This document shows positions 39,005-53,655 of a stretch of DNA of 64,000 bases, piece after piece; the stretch's first letter is position 1, and every line of letters begins with the position of its first letter. The notes beneath the pieces were generated by a model, which was not told the DNA's origin, did not search any database, and worked only from the letters and a program-made list of their open reading frames with translations. Source of the DNA: Eledone cirrhosa. Lineage: Eukaryota. A program made the position numbers and the translations under genes. The DNA lies in NCBI GenBank assembly GCA_964016885.1, contig OZ024746.1, positions 98,332,001 through 98,396,000 on the forward strand, in the 5' to 3' direction.

Positions 39005-40490
39005 TCCTGTTCCTGCAACTGATGGAGCCAGAGGTTGAGGTGACACTGGGTGCTTTTGCATTCACCCTTCGCCACTGGTCTCTCTTCCCTGTCATGCGTA
39101 GAAGGGTCTCGGTGTTGTGACCAGTCCAGTCTTTGATGTTGTTGGACCAGGATTTTCTTTGTCTACCTTTCCTTCGCCCTCCCTCGACTGTGCACTGGAT
39201 ATGGTTTTAGACAAGAAGGTGTGGCGGGATATATGACCATACCAGTTGGTCATTAACACAAGGAGTGGTTCCTGTCTGTCAGCATATTTGTTAACTTGCT
39301 GCCTGACAAAACTGTTTGGTTTGGGCTCCGTGTAAAGGATATGACTCTCCATGTTTTAGGAGCTATGACGGAATGTTATCGATCCCTGGGGATTTACCAT
39401 CTTTGAGCATGTGCACCACCTCTTTGAGAATTGGAGAATTGGAGTATCCTCAACTTATTTGTTCTTATTAGTGGAATTATCCAAGACGTTGATGTCGTCT
39501 GAGTTTGTTGTTATAAATGTCTCAATACTCTGACTATCTTTGATGTCATCAGTTGCAACTGTGCGGAAAAGACCAGTTTTGTCCACAATGGCAGTGGTGA
39601 ATGATGTGTTGCGTTTTATTATTAGCGTTTGGAAGGGCGGTGGATGCAGCATAGAGTTACGTTTTGAGTTCAAATCCCGCCGTACTGGGGTCGATTTAAT
39701 CGCCTTTCCCCTCCCTCCCAATTACTGGCCTTGTGCCTATACTAGAAATGATTATTAGCATTTGGAGGGTTTCATAAGCAGCCTTGCTGTTGGTCATTTT
39801 TATTCCATCTTTGATATTTGTGTGCTGGTCTGATATACATTTCTCTTTGGCTTCTCTCATTTTCCTCCCTACATTCCTATTCACAGCGTTGTATTGTTGA
39901 CCTTCCTCCTGATCTGTTCGCTTGGTCTTTCTCAAGCCATCACTTAAATCACATAGGTCAAGATGTCATCAGTGACCCATGATTTATTTTTTCTTCTCTT
40001 TCTCCCCAGCATAACTCAAGCTGTTTCATGAAGTGTTTCCTTGATTGAGTCGGTTAAAGAGTTAATATCTTCTTCTAGAAGGTTTGGAGCTGCAAACCCG
40101 CTACCTACGTTTGCCTCAAACATGGCTGCAACTCTATATTCTTTGAGTTTCTCTACAACAGACCTGATACATGTGGCTTCTTTTTTATGGGTCTTTTAAG
40201 CTTTAGTGTAATCAGAACTAAATTGTGGTCTCTATTTACATCTGCACGGGGGAAGGTCCTACTTCTAGCCTTATTGACACTGGACTTGAACTTTTGAAAT
40301 ATGAGGATGAATTCAATTTGGTTGTGAGTCCTGCCATTGGGTGTATGCCATATTGTTCTCAGTAGGGGTATGGTGTGGGAACAGTGTGTTGTCTTTCGGG
40401 TGCTAACAAACTCTGAAAGGTGGAGTCCATAACTGTTTGTATCTCCAATCTCCAATCCCAAATCGTCCCACTGTCCCAGCCCATTGTCGC
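39005..40490 (-). mobile_element. RTE-like LINE, internally deleted and decayed, with a SINE fragment at about 39628-39756
   Basis: WHTPNGRTHNQIEFILI...ARSRTFPRADVNRDHNLV (APE end), SWVTDDILTY, and WYGHISRHTFLSKTI (3' part). Confidence 0.75.
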
Positions 40491-40497
40491 ATGCACA

Positions 40498-40588
<91 letters not shown>

Positions 40589-41988
40589 AACAAGGGGAGA
40601 GGAATACTGCGTGGTTGCACATGGATTACATCGCATTAAAAATCAGAAACCTCAGGAGGTTGGTGTGAGCAATAACTAAAATAAGCTATTGGGACAAGTG
40701 AAACGCGTAAAGCGAGTGAGACAAGTAAACAATATATATATATATATGGGGGGGGGGGGGGCGTTCATGTCCCATAATTTAGTTGTTCGACAAAAATGAA
40801 ATCTATAAACTAAGTATCAGAATTTAAAAAGTAAGTGCTGGACTCGATATGATCGATTAAACTAATGCGGTGCCCCAGCCTGGTCGCAGTCTACTAACTG
40901 AAATAAGTAAAAATATAAAAGAGAATTTCATTAAGTCCTGATATCCTATTTAGCACAAAATGCTTTTAAAATGGTTGATTAATTCAAATGTTACCCCTTT
41001 ACAATTGTTGTGAAAATTTGAAATTTTAGACGAAGTACTTTTAATGTAATAGCTTAATAACCCTTTTCTCTTTCCCCTCCTTTTCTTCTGAGGCCTAAGG
41101 GTCCTTGCTTTTCATCCCTCCTTTTCCTCTCATTTATGGCATTTATATCCCCTTTCCTTTACTTTCCTATACAGCCAGATCTGCTCTTCTTTACCCCCAC
41201 CCACCCACGCTTTTGTTGCTTGGTTTCGTTTTTATCGTTTTTTTTTTCTTTTTTCTTTTTCTTTCATATTTCCATCAATATTTGTAATGTTATTTATACA
41301 ACTCTGAATCGATTTATTGTCTGTAATTGTGTGCTTGAATGTTTTAAATACAATGGTATTGTAAACACACATCCTAATATATATGTGTGTGTGTGTGTGT
41401 GTTTGTATGGTGATGATGATTTCATACGAATGAAACAGTTCCAGTCCTATAAAAATCACTTTTAGGGAGGGTGGAAATTCGATTAAATCGACTCCAGTAC
41501 ATTACTGGTACTTTATTTTATCGACCCAGTAAGGATGAAAGGCAGAGCTAACCTTGATTTTAAATCAGTACAAAAAGGGTCGTAACTCTATGCCACGAAG
41601 CATGGTGTCCGACGCTCAACCGGTACTGCCAATTCACCACCGTATACACTTCTAAATAATAAATATATGTATAGTGCTGTTTTATACTTTTGAAGAACGG
41701 CTTGCTAATGTGGTTTGGTGTGTTACAGGACATTAAGAGTTAACGTCCTGTAATATCTGAAATATATGCTTACTTATGTACTAAACTAACATACATAACA
41801 TCAAATTACTGTAATTGTATCTAGTTACTTAAATACATCCGGTGTCGTCTGCTACAATTTTATTTACATAGTATTAACAATGGTTTCTAATTTAGACATA
41901 AGGCCGGCAATTCGGAGGCGGAGGACGGCGGCAGTTTAATCAATTCTAGTATCTATCTGGTACTTTCTTCTATCGACTGCGGATAGAT

Positions 41989-42368
41989 CAGGGGTTCGCA
42001 ACGTAGGCGCTACCGCCCCCAGGGGCGCGTTGAGAAGGTCCAGGGGGCACTGGAACCTAAGGGGACGGTAGAGATGATATAATAGTATATTAAATATCAA
42101 ATGATACATATTATATATAAATATAGTAAAATAAAAAATGTATAATATCTATTTATACATAGTATATATGATATTATTTATTATATCATAAATAAATTAA
42201 CGATTTTATTAGATACTATTTACAATTTGCGTGTAGGCAGGTCTCTCTGGAAATAGGGTTGGGGCGCTGAGGGTATTACAAGGCCGTGAAAGGGGCGGTG
42301 AGGGTATTACCTGGCCGTGAAAGTGGCAGTAAGCGTATTACGTGGCCCAAAAAGTTTTAGAATCTCTG
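41989..42368. mobile_element. hAT-type MITE nested in a SINE (about 41878-42488, minus strand)
   Basis: Ends CAGGGGTTCGCAAC / GTTTTAGAATCTCTG with a perfect 8-bp TSD GGATAGAT (41981-41988 and 42369-42376). Confidence 0.85.
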
Positions 42369-42731
42369 GGATAGATGAAAGGCAGGCAAAGTTGCCCTCG
42401 GTGGGATTTGAATTCAGAAGGTAAAAAGCCAGTACAAATTCCACGAAGCGTTTTTTCAACTCTCTAACGATTCTGCCAATCCACCACCTTGATATAGTAG
42501 AAATAATTATTTCTAGAACAGAACAGTGTAGTTAATATGAAGCATTGTGAGATATGTAGTGAATGACTGATAAGTTTTTTAAAAGCTGGTACGATGCCGT
42601 AGAAAATACGAAAGGCAAATGGTGGTAAATAAACAAAACAAAGTAAAGTAATGTTTTGCTCTGTGTGTTATGGCATGATAGGCGGGGCCAATTGGCAGAG
42701 TTGTTAGAACGTCAGATAGAATACTTTATGG

Positions 42732-43007
42732 TAGTCATGGGCAACCTGCGGCCCGCAAAGCTTTCTGAATGGCTCGCCTAAGTCACCTAAGTGAGATCTT
42801 TCTGATTTCCTTACCCCAACTTTTCAGTCGTAGTTTATCTTTCTATCATGTTTACGATCGAAGAAAACAACGTGTATGAATTCTGAAGAAACAAATCAAA
42901 ACACCTGAGTTACCGCCCTTTTTTTAATGTGGGTACGAATGTAAATTAGCGCTTGCGGCCCGCCTTAATGATGAGCCATATCTCATGCGGCCCGTTGCTC
43001 ATGCCTC
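42732..43007 (+). mobile_element. hAT-type MITE nested in a SINE (about 42680-43122)
   Basis: Ends TAGTCATGGGCAAC / GTTGCTCATGCCTC; 8-bp TSD CTTTATGG/CTTTATGA; internal GCGGCCCG motifs; second copy at 62458-62750. Confidence 0.8.
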
Positions 43008-43153
43008 CTTTATGATATTCATTCTGGCTCTTTGGTCTCTGAGTTCAAATCCCACTGAGGTCAAATTTGCCTCATCCTTTCGAGGTCAATAAAAAAAAGT
43101 ACCAGTCTAGTACTGGGGTCGATTCTTCCTCTATATCTCTTTCTAATTTCCTC

Positions 43154-43197
<44 letters not shown>

Positions 43198-43376
43198 CCT
43201 GGAAGAAATCTGTTGTACTCAGGCCAGGAGAGGAATGGGCTCTGATAGGCTTAAAATACCCAAGGAACGTCGTATGACAATACAGCGCCCCTGCGACAAT
43301 ATCAGAAGTTGCGGACCATATATACATATAACACAATGCCCACCCTCATGATGTTATGTAAGCACCTTTAAGATAT

Positions 43377-43474
<98 letters not shown>

Positions 43475-43612
43475 TTTCAATCTTTCTCTGGAACACATCT
43501 GCTGTACTCAGGCCTAGAAAGGGATCGGCTCCGCCAGACTTAAAACTCTGAAGTAACGCCGTATATTAATACGGCGTCCCTACGACTTTATCAGGATTTA
43601 TGGGATCATACA

Positions 43613-45243
43613 TGGTGGATTGGCAGTATCGGTAGAGGGTCGGACGCCATGCTTTGTAGCACAGAGTTACGCCTCTTTACGGTCTGAATTCAAATCCCGC
43701 CGAGGTTAACTTTGCCTTTCATCCTCACGGGGTCGATAAAATAAAGTACCAGTAATGTACTGGGATAATTGCTGTGCCAAAAAGTAGAAACAATTATGGC
43801 ATGATATTTCAGGGTTAATCCCCTCTTTTCAGATGCCGAGTTGAAACAGTCCTAAATAAAACAAACCAGCAATGTTTTGTAGTTGGAGTAAATCAATTAC
43901 ATCAACCCTAGTACTTGCTCTCGGAATAATGAAAGACAATTTTAGGGAAGAGAAAGTCGATTAAATCGAATTCTGTGTATTACTGGTACTTTATTCAATC
44001 GACCCCGTATGGATGAAAGGTAAAGCTAACCTCGGTGGGATTTGAACTTAGAATGATCTGAGTTTAAATCCCGCCAAGGTTAGCTTTGCCTTTCATCCAT
44101 ATGGGGGTCGATAAAATAAAGTACCAGTAACACACTGGGGTCGATTTAATGGACTTTCCCTTCCCTCCAAATTTCTGGCCTTGTGCTTAAAGTAGAAACA
44201 ATTATTAAAAGCATTAAAACGGGAGTGGAGATTCTATATTTCAGACAAAGCAAATAACTCTGGTGGTATAAAGTTTGGAATGGAGGTAATCTGTAACTTA
44301 TATACGGGAACAGAAATTTGAGACGAACAATTTGATATTAAACATTTAATACGGGATTGAATACTTGTTGTAATGACGGCATTTACAGGTGAATAAGGTT
44401 ATCGCATTAATATTACCACGAGTTTTTCTATACTCAAAGTTCGTAGCTTTTCTCATAGTTTGTACATATAAGGAGTCCCATAAGGAAAATTTTCTAAACA
44501 ATGATTTCTGATTTAGGCACAAGTCAACAATTTTAGGGAAGGGGAAAGTCGATTAAATCGATCTCAGTGTATCACTGGTACTTTATTTAATCGACCCCGA
44601 AAGGATGAAAGGTAAAGCTAACCCCGGCGGTATTTCAACTCAGATCGTAAAGGAACGTGACACTATGCTATAAAGCATGGTGTTTGACACTCTACTGATA
44701 CTGCCAATACTTCACCCTTGTCACTATTAAAGGGTCATAACTCTATACCGCAAAGCATGTTGTCCGACACCCTATCGATGCTGCCAAACCAAATAATTGT
44801 TTCTAATTTTGGCACAAGGCCAGCAATTATCCCAGTGTATTGCTGATACTTTATTTTATCGACCCTGTAAGGATGAAAGGCAAAGTTAACCTCGGCAGGA
44901 TTTGAACTCAGTCCGTAAAGGGACGTAACTGTGCTACAAAGCATGACGTCCGACCCTCTACCGATAAACCAAATAATATGAAGTATTTAGCCTTGCTCTC
45001 AGCCATTATTTCAACACAGCTAAGGGCGGTGGATTGGCAGTATCAGCAGAGCTTCAGACACCGTGCTTCGCGGCATAGAGTTTCGTCCTTTTACGTTCTG
45101 AGTCCAACTCCCGCCGACGTTAGCTTTGCCTTTCTTCCTTACGGAGTCGATTAAATAAAGCACCAGTAACGTACTGAGGTCGATTTAATCGACTTCCCCT
45201 CCCCCCAAATTGCTGGCCCTGTACCTAAATCAGAAACCATTGT
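43613..45243. mobile_element. dense cluster of about 7 SINE copies in both orientations
   Basis: Copies at about 43613(+), 43940(-), 44057(+), 44499(-), 44730(-, head only), 44792(-) and 45022(+). Confidence 0.85.
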
Positions 45244-45619
45244 TTCTACACAACACTGGGGAACCTATTCAGTAGCAAAAGATGTATAAAAGATAAGCTT
45301 CGAGTAAGTGCTGTGTTACCAATCTGTGATTCCTAGTTGAAGTAAATATACTTTATCAAACTTAGTAGTTTGTGAAAAAGACGTGAACCACGTAGAAGTA
45401 TGTTTTTATCTTCATAGCTTACAGTGTATATGTGGGTACAGCATAACCGAATCATAGGGTCTCATGTTCAATCCAACTAAGTGGCAGGGCACATATCATT
45501 TGTGATAGTCTCAGGTCAGCACACGACTAAGAGTAGAGTTCTTTTCTCAAATAGCTCGAGCAATACGGGTAAATACAAATAAATAAATAAGTAAATAAGT
45601 GTTGATGATCTCTCTTATT

Positions 45620-46160
45620 CACTCACTGCCCCCCTCCGTCTCTCTCGCTCTCCCCACCTCTCACTATTATAAGCAAATGGAGGCCCACGCGCTGGCCACC
45701 AAGCGGTCTCGGCGGACAGAATGGAGAAGTCGTTTCCCCGGAGGATGGTGAGGGAGACGTGCTGGAACAGCCATTCCAACTCCGTGTCGATGATGGAGAG
45801 TAGGGAGGTGGTCCTAGGGCCAACGGCACCAGAAGTCTTCACTGCTACGGGGTGGTGATGGTGGTGAGTAGGGAGGTGGCCCTAGGGCCAAGGACACCAG
45901 AAGTCTCCACTGTTACGAGCTCGACCACAAACCTGTCGGAGAGCGACCGATACTTGGAGAGTTTACCATCCTCAGCCCTAAATGCAGCAGAGCTTGGATT
46001 AGTGGCAGACTGCACCAGGTTTCCACTCGAGTCAGTGTCGCTGCATGTAGCATCCCAGATGAGGGGCTTACCACCGCGGAACGGGAAGATGGTCATGCTG
46101 TCTGGCCTTTTGCCATCCCCTTTGAAATTGAGTTGGAGGAAAACAGTTTTGTAGCCCATC
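45620..46160 (-). mobile_element. CRE-like non-LTR retrotransposon 3' fragment (restriction-like endonuclease)
   Basis: GDGKRPDSMTIFPFRGGKPLIWDATCSDT...AEDGKLSKY...VETSGVLGP...LEWLFQHVSLTILRGN. Internal duplication of the ETSGVLGPRATSLL segment. Confidence 0.75.
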
Positions 46161-48061
46161 GGATGGTTTGTAATTGTAATTCAAAAGACCAAACATGTCA
46201 CACATTAATTTAGATGCAGGTTCCGCCGTTGATCAAATAACTGGAACACTAATGGTCTGTTCCATGTGGAACTCTATCAACGTTACACCACAATCTATAA
46301 AATATCGATTTCTTCATTTTCTGTTCTCAGTTCATATTCGGTCAATATTAACTTTGGGTTTCGATAGAAATATCGCCAATATTCGAAGGACTTAATTAAT
46401 GGATTGCCCTAAAACATTAACCTCGTGTCGAAAGAAATACATTCTAGTAACTAATTCCCAAGCAAACAATGACAAACAACAAAGCAACCAGCATAACCAT
46501 CCTACACTCTAACTGATGACCTGTTAATTGCCATAATTAATAAGATAGTTTTCTACTTTTCCTACCCAATGGAACACTAGGTTATCGCCTCATCTTTTTC
46601 TTTTTGTGCAATATGAAAACAAAAACAAAAAATAAAACAATATTATCATCATAAAACAATATTATCATCATAAAAAACTGTTTGAAATCCTTAAATACAA
46701 TCAACTACTGATAATTATTTTTCAGAATCCTTCTGCCCAGTCCTTGTCGTGTGATGTGTATCGTATCTAGGCTATTAACGCAATTAACTTGGATAGAGAG
46801 ATAGATAGGAGCTTCCATAATGATAGTTAAACACTAAATTAACAATTATTCAGGAATGCATCATAGGAAATTAGTTCTTTGATAGTTTCATAAATATCTG
46901 AATTGTTTCTTCTATAGACGACGCAATCACACTAATTGACACACTCAACCAGCTGTATGAGAAAGGAATGGCTACACACAGTTACTAGTTATTCACTTAC
47001 ATTAATACCATATTTTTCTGTAATCATGGAATAAGCTCGGCTGTTGTATGACTTAATTAGGACTCCATTTTAAAGTGGTGCGATAAATGCCAAAAACAAA
47101 AACGATTATAACAATCTCATTGATTTCTAATAAAATGAAGTCTAAACAAACACAGTTCTCTCCAGAGTTTATTCTTTATTCTTAAGAATTATTGCTTTCA
47201 GAATTGTTCTTTTATTTACCAATTCTTATTTAATATCGATTAATATTCAACGCCCCAGTTTTATTGGCTTCATTTCAGAGATTGGATCTTTGCATATATC
47301 TTTATTTTATTATCTGTCTCTCTTGTATTTATCCCGTATTTGTGATTATTCTATTGCAGTTCCAACATTATATCAATGACTTCAATTTAATTGGTAAAAT
47401 AGAAATGTTGTTCTTCAGAATGATACAATGTTCGGCAATTTATGTGCGCGAAACTTATTTTATCCGAGACTTGTCACATGACCTATTGTGTTCTTGGGAC
47501 ACGGCCTGAAAATGGTAAATTTCCCTAACATATAGAGAATGTTCAGCTCACACATTTCCATGACTTCGTCTAAAGAAAAGGGAATATGCCCAAAGACTTT
47601 CCAGGCCCTCTGCAGGTTGACTGCAGAGATATTTTAACTCTGTAGGAAAAGAAATTGCAAATATAGCAGGTGTTACTATTAAGGTCAACTAGACAGCCGT
47701 GTAGGGTGCAGACTATAAGGAAATGCATTTCAGAACCTTAAAGGATTAGAGTTCTATATACATTTGAATAATTAAATTAAGCAACACAATGTTGATACCA
47801 CATGTGTGATACTTGTGTGTATGTATATATGGCTATCTACCTATTTATTGTAAAATCACTTAACCTTTAACTCTACAAAATATTCAGCAATGCTGGTATA
47901 GTCACTGCCTCCGTCTCTCTCGCCTTTGTAATAGAAAATGCAGGCTTAGTAATTTTCTTAGTAAGGTCAGAGAAAGAAATGTAAAAATGTAGATTCGTCT
48001 GCTAACCAAATTATAAATTGAAATTATTTTATTTGGAAAAATGTAACATAACTAGGAGAAT

Positions 48062-48366
48062 GGGTTCCAGATTGTATAGCTCATTAGGACACCGGATCTG
48101 GGTCCCAGAGTGTAGAGCTAATCAGGGCACCAGACCAATGTCCCAGAGTGTAGAGCTCATCAGGACACCAGATCTGGGTCCCAGATTGTAGAGCTAAACA
48201 GGTCACCAGATCTGGGTCCCAGATTGTAGAGCTAATTCAGGCACCAGACCGGGGTCCCAGATTGTAGAGCTAACCAGGACACCGGATCTGAGTCCCAGAT
48301 TGTAGAGCTAGTCAGGGCACCTGATCTGGGTCCCAGATTGTAGAGCTAATCAAGACACCGGATCTG
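48062..48366. repeat. 38-bp minisatellite, 8 copies
   Basis: Consensus about GGGTCCCAGATTGTAGAGCTAATCAGGACACCAGATCT. Confidence 0.9.
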
Positions 48367-49178
48367 ATTGCAAACATCATCCAAACGATTTGCTATTCAC
48401 TGTACTTCTAATGTCAATTATTCAGCGAGACTTGTTTAAATATAAAAATGTTATTCTATCTAAAAATATATCATTTAAATACAATTTAATAGAAAAAGAA
48501 ATAAAAATTAGATTGAGAAGAAAGAATGGAATGTAAAATAAGTATTTTTAAAATGGAAAAGGAAGAGAATGGCAAGAACTCTAGTGTCACAGAAGAATGG
48601 GGAAGGGGAGGGTGGTTGAGTTCTGGGTCTAGGGCACAGTGGTAATGGGGCTGCGTCCCGCAGACATGACCACAAAACCATTTATAATATTAATTTTAAC
48701 ATTAGCGCAATGCCATACATAATTTGGTAGCAGTATAATTGTAATATCAACCCACTAGGTCACTGATAGTTACTTCCTTATCAACCATAAGAAGTGCAAA
48801 AGTCATCTCGGAGAATTTTAACACAGAACACAGCCTTTTGAACTAATTCTGCAGCTTCAAAAATAATATCTACTGCAGCAACCTTCGATATTCATCTGTA
48901 GAAAAACTGACTTAATAGTTTGCCTTCTGCTGGCTCTTTCCTCGTGGGAGAAATGGGTTTGAAAAAAGGTTTGTGAAAAAGCTGGAAATATTTTGTCATT
49001 GTGTATACGCTCTCCAACCCACATTCAAACCACTGCTTCCAAACCTCCAGCAAAACCGGCTTAGCTCTTCCCATCTCATGTGTATGTGTGGAACAGACTG
49101 CTGCCAACCTCAAACTAGCAGGTACACCATAAATACGCTTACACCATTCCGACAACGACCCACAAAAAGGTTATCGTA

Positions 49179-49585
49179 TACTCTCGGGTCTCTAATATTC
49201 GCCCCTTCACAACTTATTGATTTTTAGATTTTTTTTCCACCACCCTCCACTCTTATGCCACCCACCTATTAAATTTTGCCAATCTATCTCCGGCGAAATT
49301 TTATTGAAGTGGTAGCATTCTTAGCACAATTAATTTTCTTTAGAAATTAAAAAAACATTATACTCAACAAAAAATAAGAAATCCCATATATTATGAAATA
49401 AATAGGATGGGTTGGGGTTTCAATATGTAAACTAAAGAACTAATATGTAAACTCAATTACTAATGTGTAAACTAAATGACTAATCTTTAAAAATCAACCT
49501 AGAAAAATTACCGATTTTCCAGGGAACAACACGCCCCCCCCCCCTTATTCTATGGCCACCCCCTATTATTTGGTACCCGAGAGCA
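49179..49585. mobile_element. MITE with imperfect TIRs (probably Tc1/mariner superfamily)
   Basis: TACTCTCGGGTCTCTAATA ... TATTATTTGGTACCCGAGAGCA. Confidence 0.55.
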
Positions 49586-49795
49586 CTCATTTGAACATTT
49601 AGTCTGCTAGTGACACCAAATACACAAAGTAATGTGGATATATTTCGCGTATTGCGCAAATTATTCAAAGTTAATGGCGGAACCGAATTACAAAATTCCC
49701 GCCACTGGATTATTCAGTTGATGTTACTTATTTAGCACGTGATCCCCACGTGATATGAACCAACTAATCGAGGCACTTAACAACATATCTCTAAG

Positions 49796-50121
49796 CATGG
49801 ACGGATTTAATGGGGGGGGGGGGGGGGGGGGGCAAAAGGGGCAATCCCCCCCCCCCCCCCCCCCCCATCCATGCAGAACGGAGAGGCACCAGCGATGGCC
49901 GTAGCAATTTATTTGTGTCCTCAGCTGGGGTTTTTTTTCGTTTTAGATTTTTTTAAATTTAATACCTGAATGTATAACTTTTCAATTCCAATTACTTGTA
50001 CCAAGCTAACTTTGATATGTAAAATTGGGGGATTTGCTGTGTTTTCTAATTTTTTGTCTTTGAGGGGTCCCCCCCAAAACCTGAAGTGCCTAGGACCCAC
50101 CAAGGTATAAATCCAACCATA
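49796..50121. mobile_element. hAT-type MITE
   Basis: Ends CATGGACGGATTTA / TAAATCCAACCATA; 8-bp TSD TCTCTAAG/CCTCTAAG; internal G-run/C-run hairpin. Confidence 0.7.
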
Positions 50122-50364
50122 CCTCTAAGCTGCATACTCTACATTGTTTGTTTGTTGATGTTTATTTATTATTATTATTTTCGTGCTTCTGGCGACAGAG
50201 ATGTTATTGCGTCTTGAAACCGTCGGTGGTGTAGAAATAAGTAAAACTTTTAATATGTATACTCTCAACTTCCACATTATATGTTAACTCTCCTTTATTT
50301 TTGTTGTACCTGCACGTGTAATCTGTTGGGTACTTGTGCGCATGCGGGTGTCTGCATGTGTGTT

Positions 50365-50485
<121 letters not shown>

Positions 50486-51149
50486 AAAAAAAGATGAAAT
50501 CGAAAATGCAACTGGAGTCTTATTTTTTAAAATATATATATATTTTTAATATATATATATATTTTTAAAAATATATATATTTATTTGGTTCATTTACCGG
50601 TCCCGCAGTTCTTCTGCCTTCCAAAGTAGAGTTGAGATGGAGGGTCTGTGGTTTTTCTCACATATATGAAAATGTTCAAGACCCCGGCGGCAGAGGGGCC
50701 ATTTCGACCGCTATTTCTGAACTCTGGGGTGTTGAACATTTTCCTATTACCCAATCTACTACCCTAAGTATTGAGAACTCTGGTGCGTAATGGTCCAACT
50801 GGTTCCTTACCACACTTCCTTATATATATATATATATTTCGTTTCTGAATTTGTTTAGCAAGATTCTTTATCTGAAAACGTGTGTTGAAACCGATATTGT
50901 TATACTTTGGGAGGGTCATGTTGCCAATAAGAAACACACGCACCAGTATTATAATAAATTTATAAATTTAGGAATTTATAAATTTCCGGTTGGTTGGTTG
51001 GTTCCACAACCAGATGGTTGTTTATATATTGTCAAAGTTCTTTCGTCACACATTCTGTGACCTCTCTTCAGTGACTGGGGGTTCTTTTCTTTGTTTTTTT
51101 TGTGCCTCTCCTTTGTTCTGTCCTATGCCCTCTTGTTTGTGTCACAGAC

Positions 51150-51804
51150 AAAAACAAGATGGCGAAAGCCTGAAGCTTGTCACTTTCGGCAGCAATGCAA
51201 CACGCCCGCTCTAGTTTATGAAGCTGTGGTCACTTCCAACCGACCAAAACAACCACAGGAGGTCAATTCCTATGTAGGCTTGGCGGACGGTCGATTTCAG
51301 GAACGCTTCCTGAACCATCAGTCGACCTTTAGGTACCCGGACAAACGTTCATCCCCGAAACTCGCGAGTCACGTATGGTCCCTCAAGGACTCAAGTATAG
51401 ACTACTCCATTCAATGGAAAGCCATCACTAAGTCCAAGCCATACGCAAGGGGAAATCCATCTTGTGGACTATGTATTGATGAACGGATAAATATTCTAAA
51501 GAGATTACGCAATAGCGATCGCCAAAACCGAGAAATGAATTCTTCACACGTTGTCCACATGTCTGGAAACACCTCTTACATAACTACAAAGCTCCGGATT
51601 GAATAATAACAACATCCTAATTTTCGTATCAACTAGAACCTTTCGGATACAGTTCTGTATTGCCTGAGCGAAGTGACCGTTTCTGCGCATGCGCGTTCAT
51701 ACGGTTGTCCTTCCTGTTCCGTATAACCATGTCCATTACGAGCTGAGGACCCGCTAAGGTGAAACAGTTGTTCTCGATATGGTGAACTAACTATTGTGTT
51801 ACCA

Positions 51805-51810
<6 letters not shown>
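51150..51810 (+). mobile_element. 5'-truncated Penelope-like element (Naiad-like GIY-YIG) with downstream hammerhead
   Basis: CHFRQQCNTPALVYEAVV...YVGLADGRFQERFLNHQSTF...LASHVWSLK...IQWK...CGLCIDE. It ends in (TA)n. Confidence 0.85.
51739..51776 (+). ncRNA. minimal type I hammerhead in the PLE 3' region
   Basis: CGAG-CTGAGGA-cCCgctaaGGt-GAAA-CAGTTG-TT-CTCG. Confidence 0.75.
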
Positions 51811-51892
<82 letters not shown>

Positions 51893-52038
51893 CATATATA
51901 TCTATATACATATATATTTTACTCGTTTACCTGTTCCAGCCATCCGGCTGAGACCATGCTGGAGCACCACCCTTTGTATATATATATATATATTATAAAG
52001 ATCGTGACCCATATATATAAAGAGTGGGGGTCGTGTGA

Positions 52039-52089
<51 letters not shown>

Positions 52090-52735
52090 GGGGACAGACA
52101 GACATTCAAAGAAAGATAAAGAGAGATTAGGAGAAGAAAGGAATTGCATCTTGCGCCTGAATTCATAAACCAGTTTACGATGTAATTTTCTAAAAGTTTT
52201 GGTTGTTTCTAGATTGACTCCAGTAGTCTTTTGTAAGACTTCAATAACTTGTAATCCTGCCAGCTATTAGATTCTTATAATTGGTTGAAGATATCAAGAA
52301 ATTATCTACATTCTAGTATTGGTTACCATAACACATATATTGACACAACCATCACTGATACACTGTCGTCCAAACAACCTTGCTGTTAGGGTTAATGTTT
52401 CTTGATTACCATCCACATGATACCTTTTATCGTTTCTTATTTCATTGATTGAATATGCATCCTCCGTCGGTTTCGACGATAAACATTCCTATTCCCGATT
52501 ACTCTTCTTCTTCTTAATCTTCTTCTACGTCGTCGTCGTCTTCTTCTTCTTCTTTTTCATCTTCTTCTTCTTATTCTTCTTATTATTATTCTCCTTTTAA
52601 TTCTTATCATTCTTCTTTTAATTCTTTTTCCTCTTTTTCATCTTCTTTTTCTTCTTTTTCTTCTTTTTCTTCTTCTTTTTCTTCTTCTTTTTCTTCTTCT
52701 TTTTCTTCTTCTTTTAATTCTTCTTCTTCTTCTTC

Positions 52736-52779
<44 letters not shown>

Positions 52780-52899
52780 GGCGACCTACGTAGTAAATCG
52801 TATCATCGTGAGCTCCGCAAAGGTTTGTTATTTTCAGTTGTTTAAAATTGCCATTTATGGAAAATTTTTATTGTTAACTGTATATAAGCGCACATACAT

Positions 52900-53655
52900 T
52901 GATTTCTGAAAAGGACACTCAAAAATAAAATCGCGCCGAGTGGAACGGGCATCCGAGTCCCAAATCCAAAAAGCTTTGGGACATATGTGGGCAAAAAAAA
53001 CCCACATCAGACGTGGGCAGAAGTATGGAACTGTGGGCGTGTTCTTTGAAACGCCACAGGAGGCCAGAGAACACTCCATGGCCCCATTAAGAAGTGACGA
53101 CTTCACACTCATCCCAAGCTATTGTGGCCAGAGACTTGTGAAGATCAGAGTGACCCACGTTCCACCAGCCATCGAAATTCCCTGGCTAATGGCTGCCGTC
53201 CTCGCCGGCATCGAGGCCAACACCAAAATAATAGAAATAGCAAAAGAAAAGCAGGAGAACTGGTCCGGATCTGGGATGGAGCTCCTGATCCAAGCGGACC
53301 ATAAAAGCATTGAGGAGATCCCAGAGGTAATAGACCTCACTGACGGCAGCCACCTCACCGTAATCGTCGAAGGCAGAAAACCTAGGTGTGTCGTTTGTGG
53401 TGAAGGAACCCACCTAAGGGCTTTCTGCCCTCAGGCTAAAAGGTTGAGGCCACCTCTCTTACCCACCCCAGTGACTCAACCATCAACACCACCAGCAGCA
53501 GAAATGGCAGCAACAACTGTAGCAGCAACAACAGAAGCAACTGTAACAGCAACAACCCCAGCAACAGTAGCAAAACCAACACCACCACCACCCAACGCGC
53601 TAGAACTAGCACCAGCGCCTACACCATCCACCACGCCACAACCAAAACCAACGAT
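52900..53655 (+). mobile_element. orphan L1/Tx1-like ORF1 (gag-like) fragment
   Basis: VKIRVTHVPPAI...VIVEGRKPR-CVVCGEGTHLRAFC (CX2CX4HX4C knuckle), then a Pro/Thr/Ala-rich tail broken by a microsatellite. No ORF2 follows. Confidence 0.75.
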
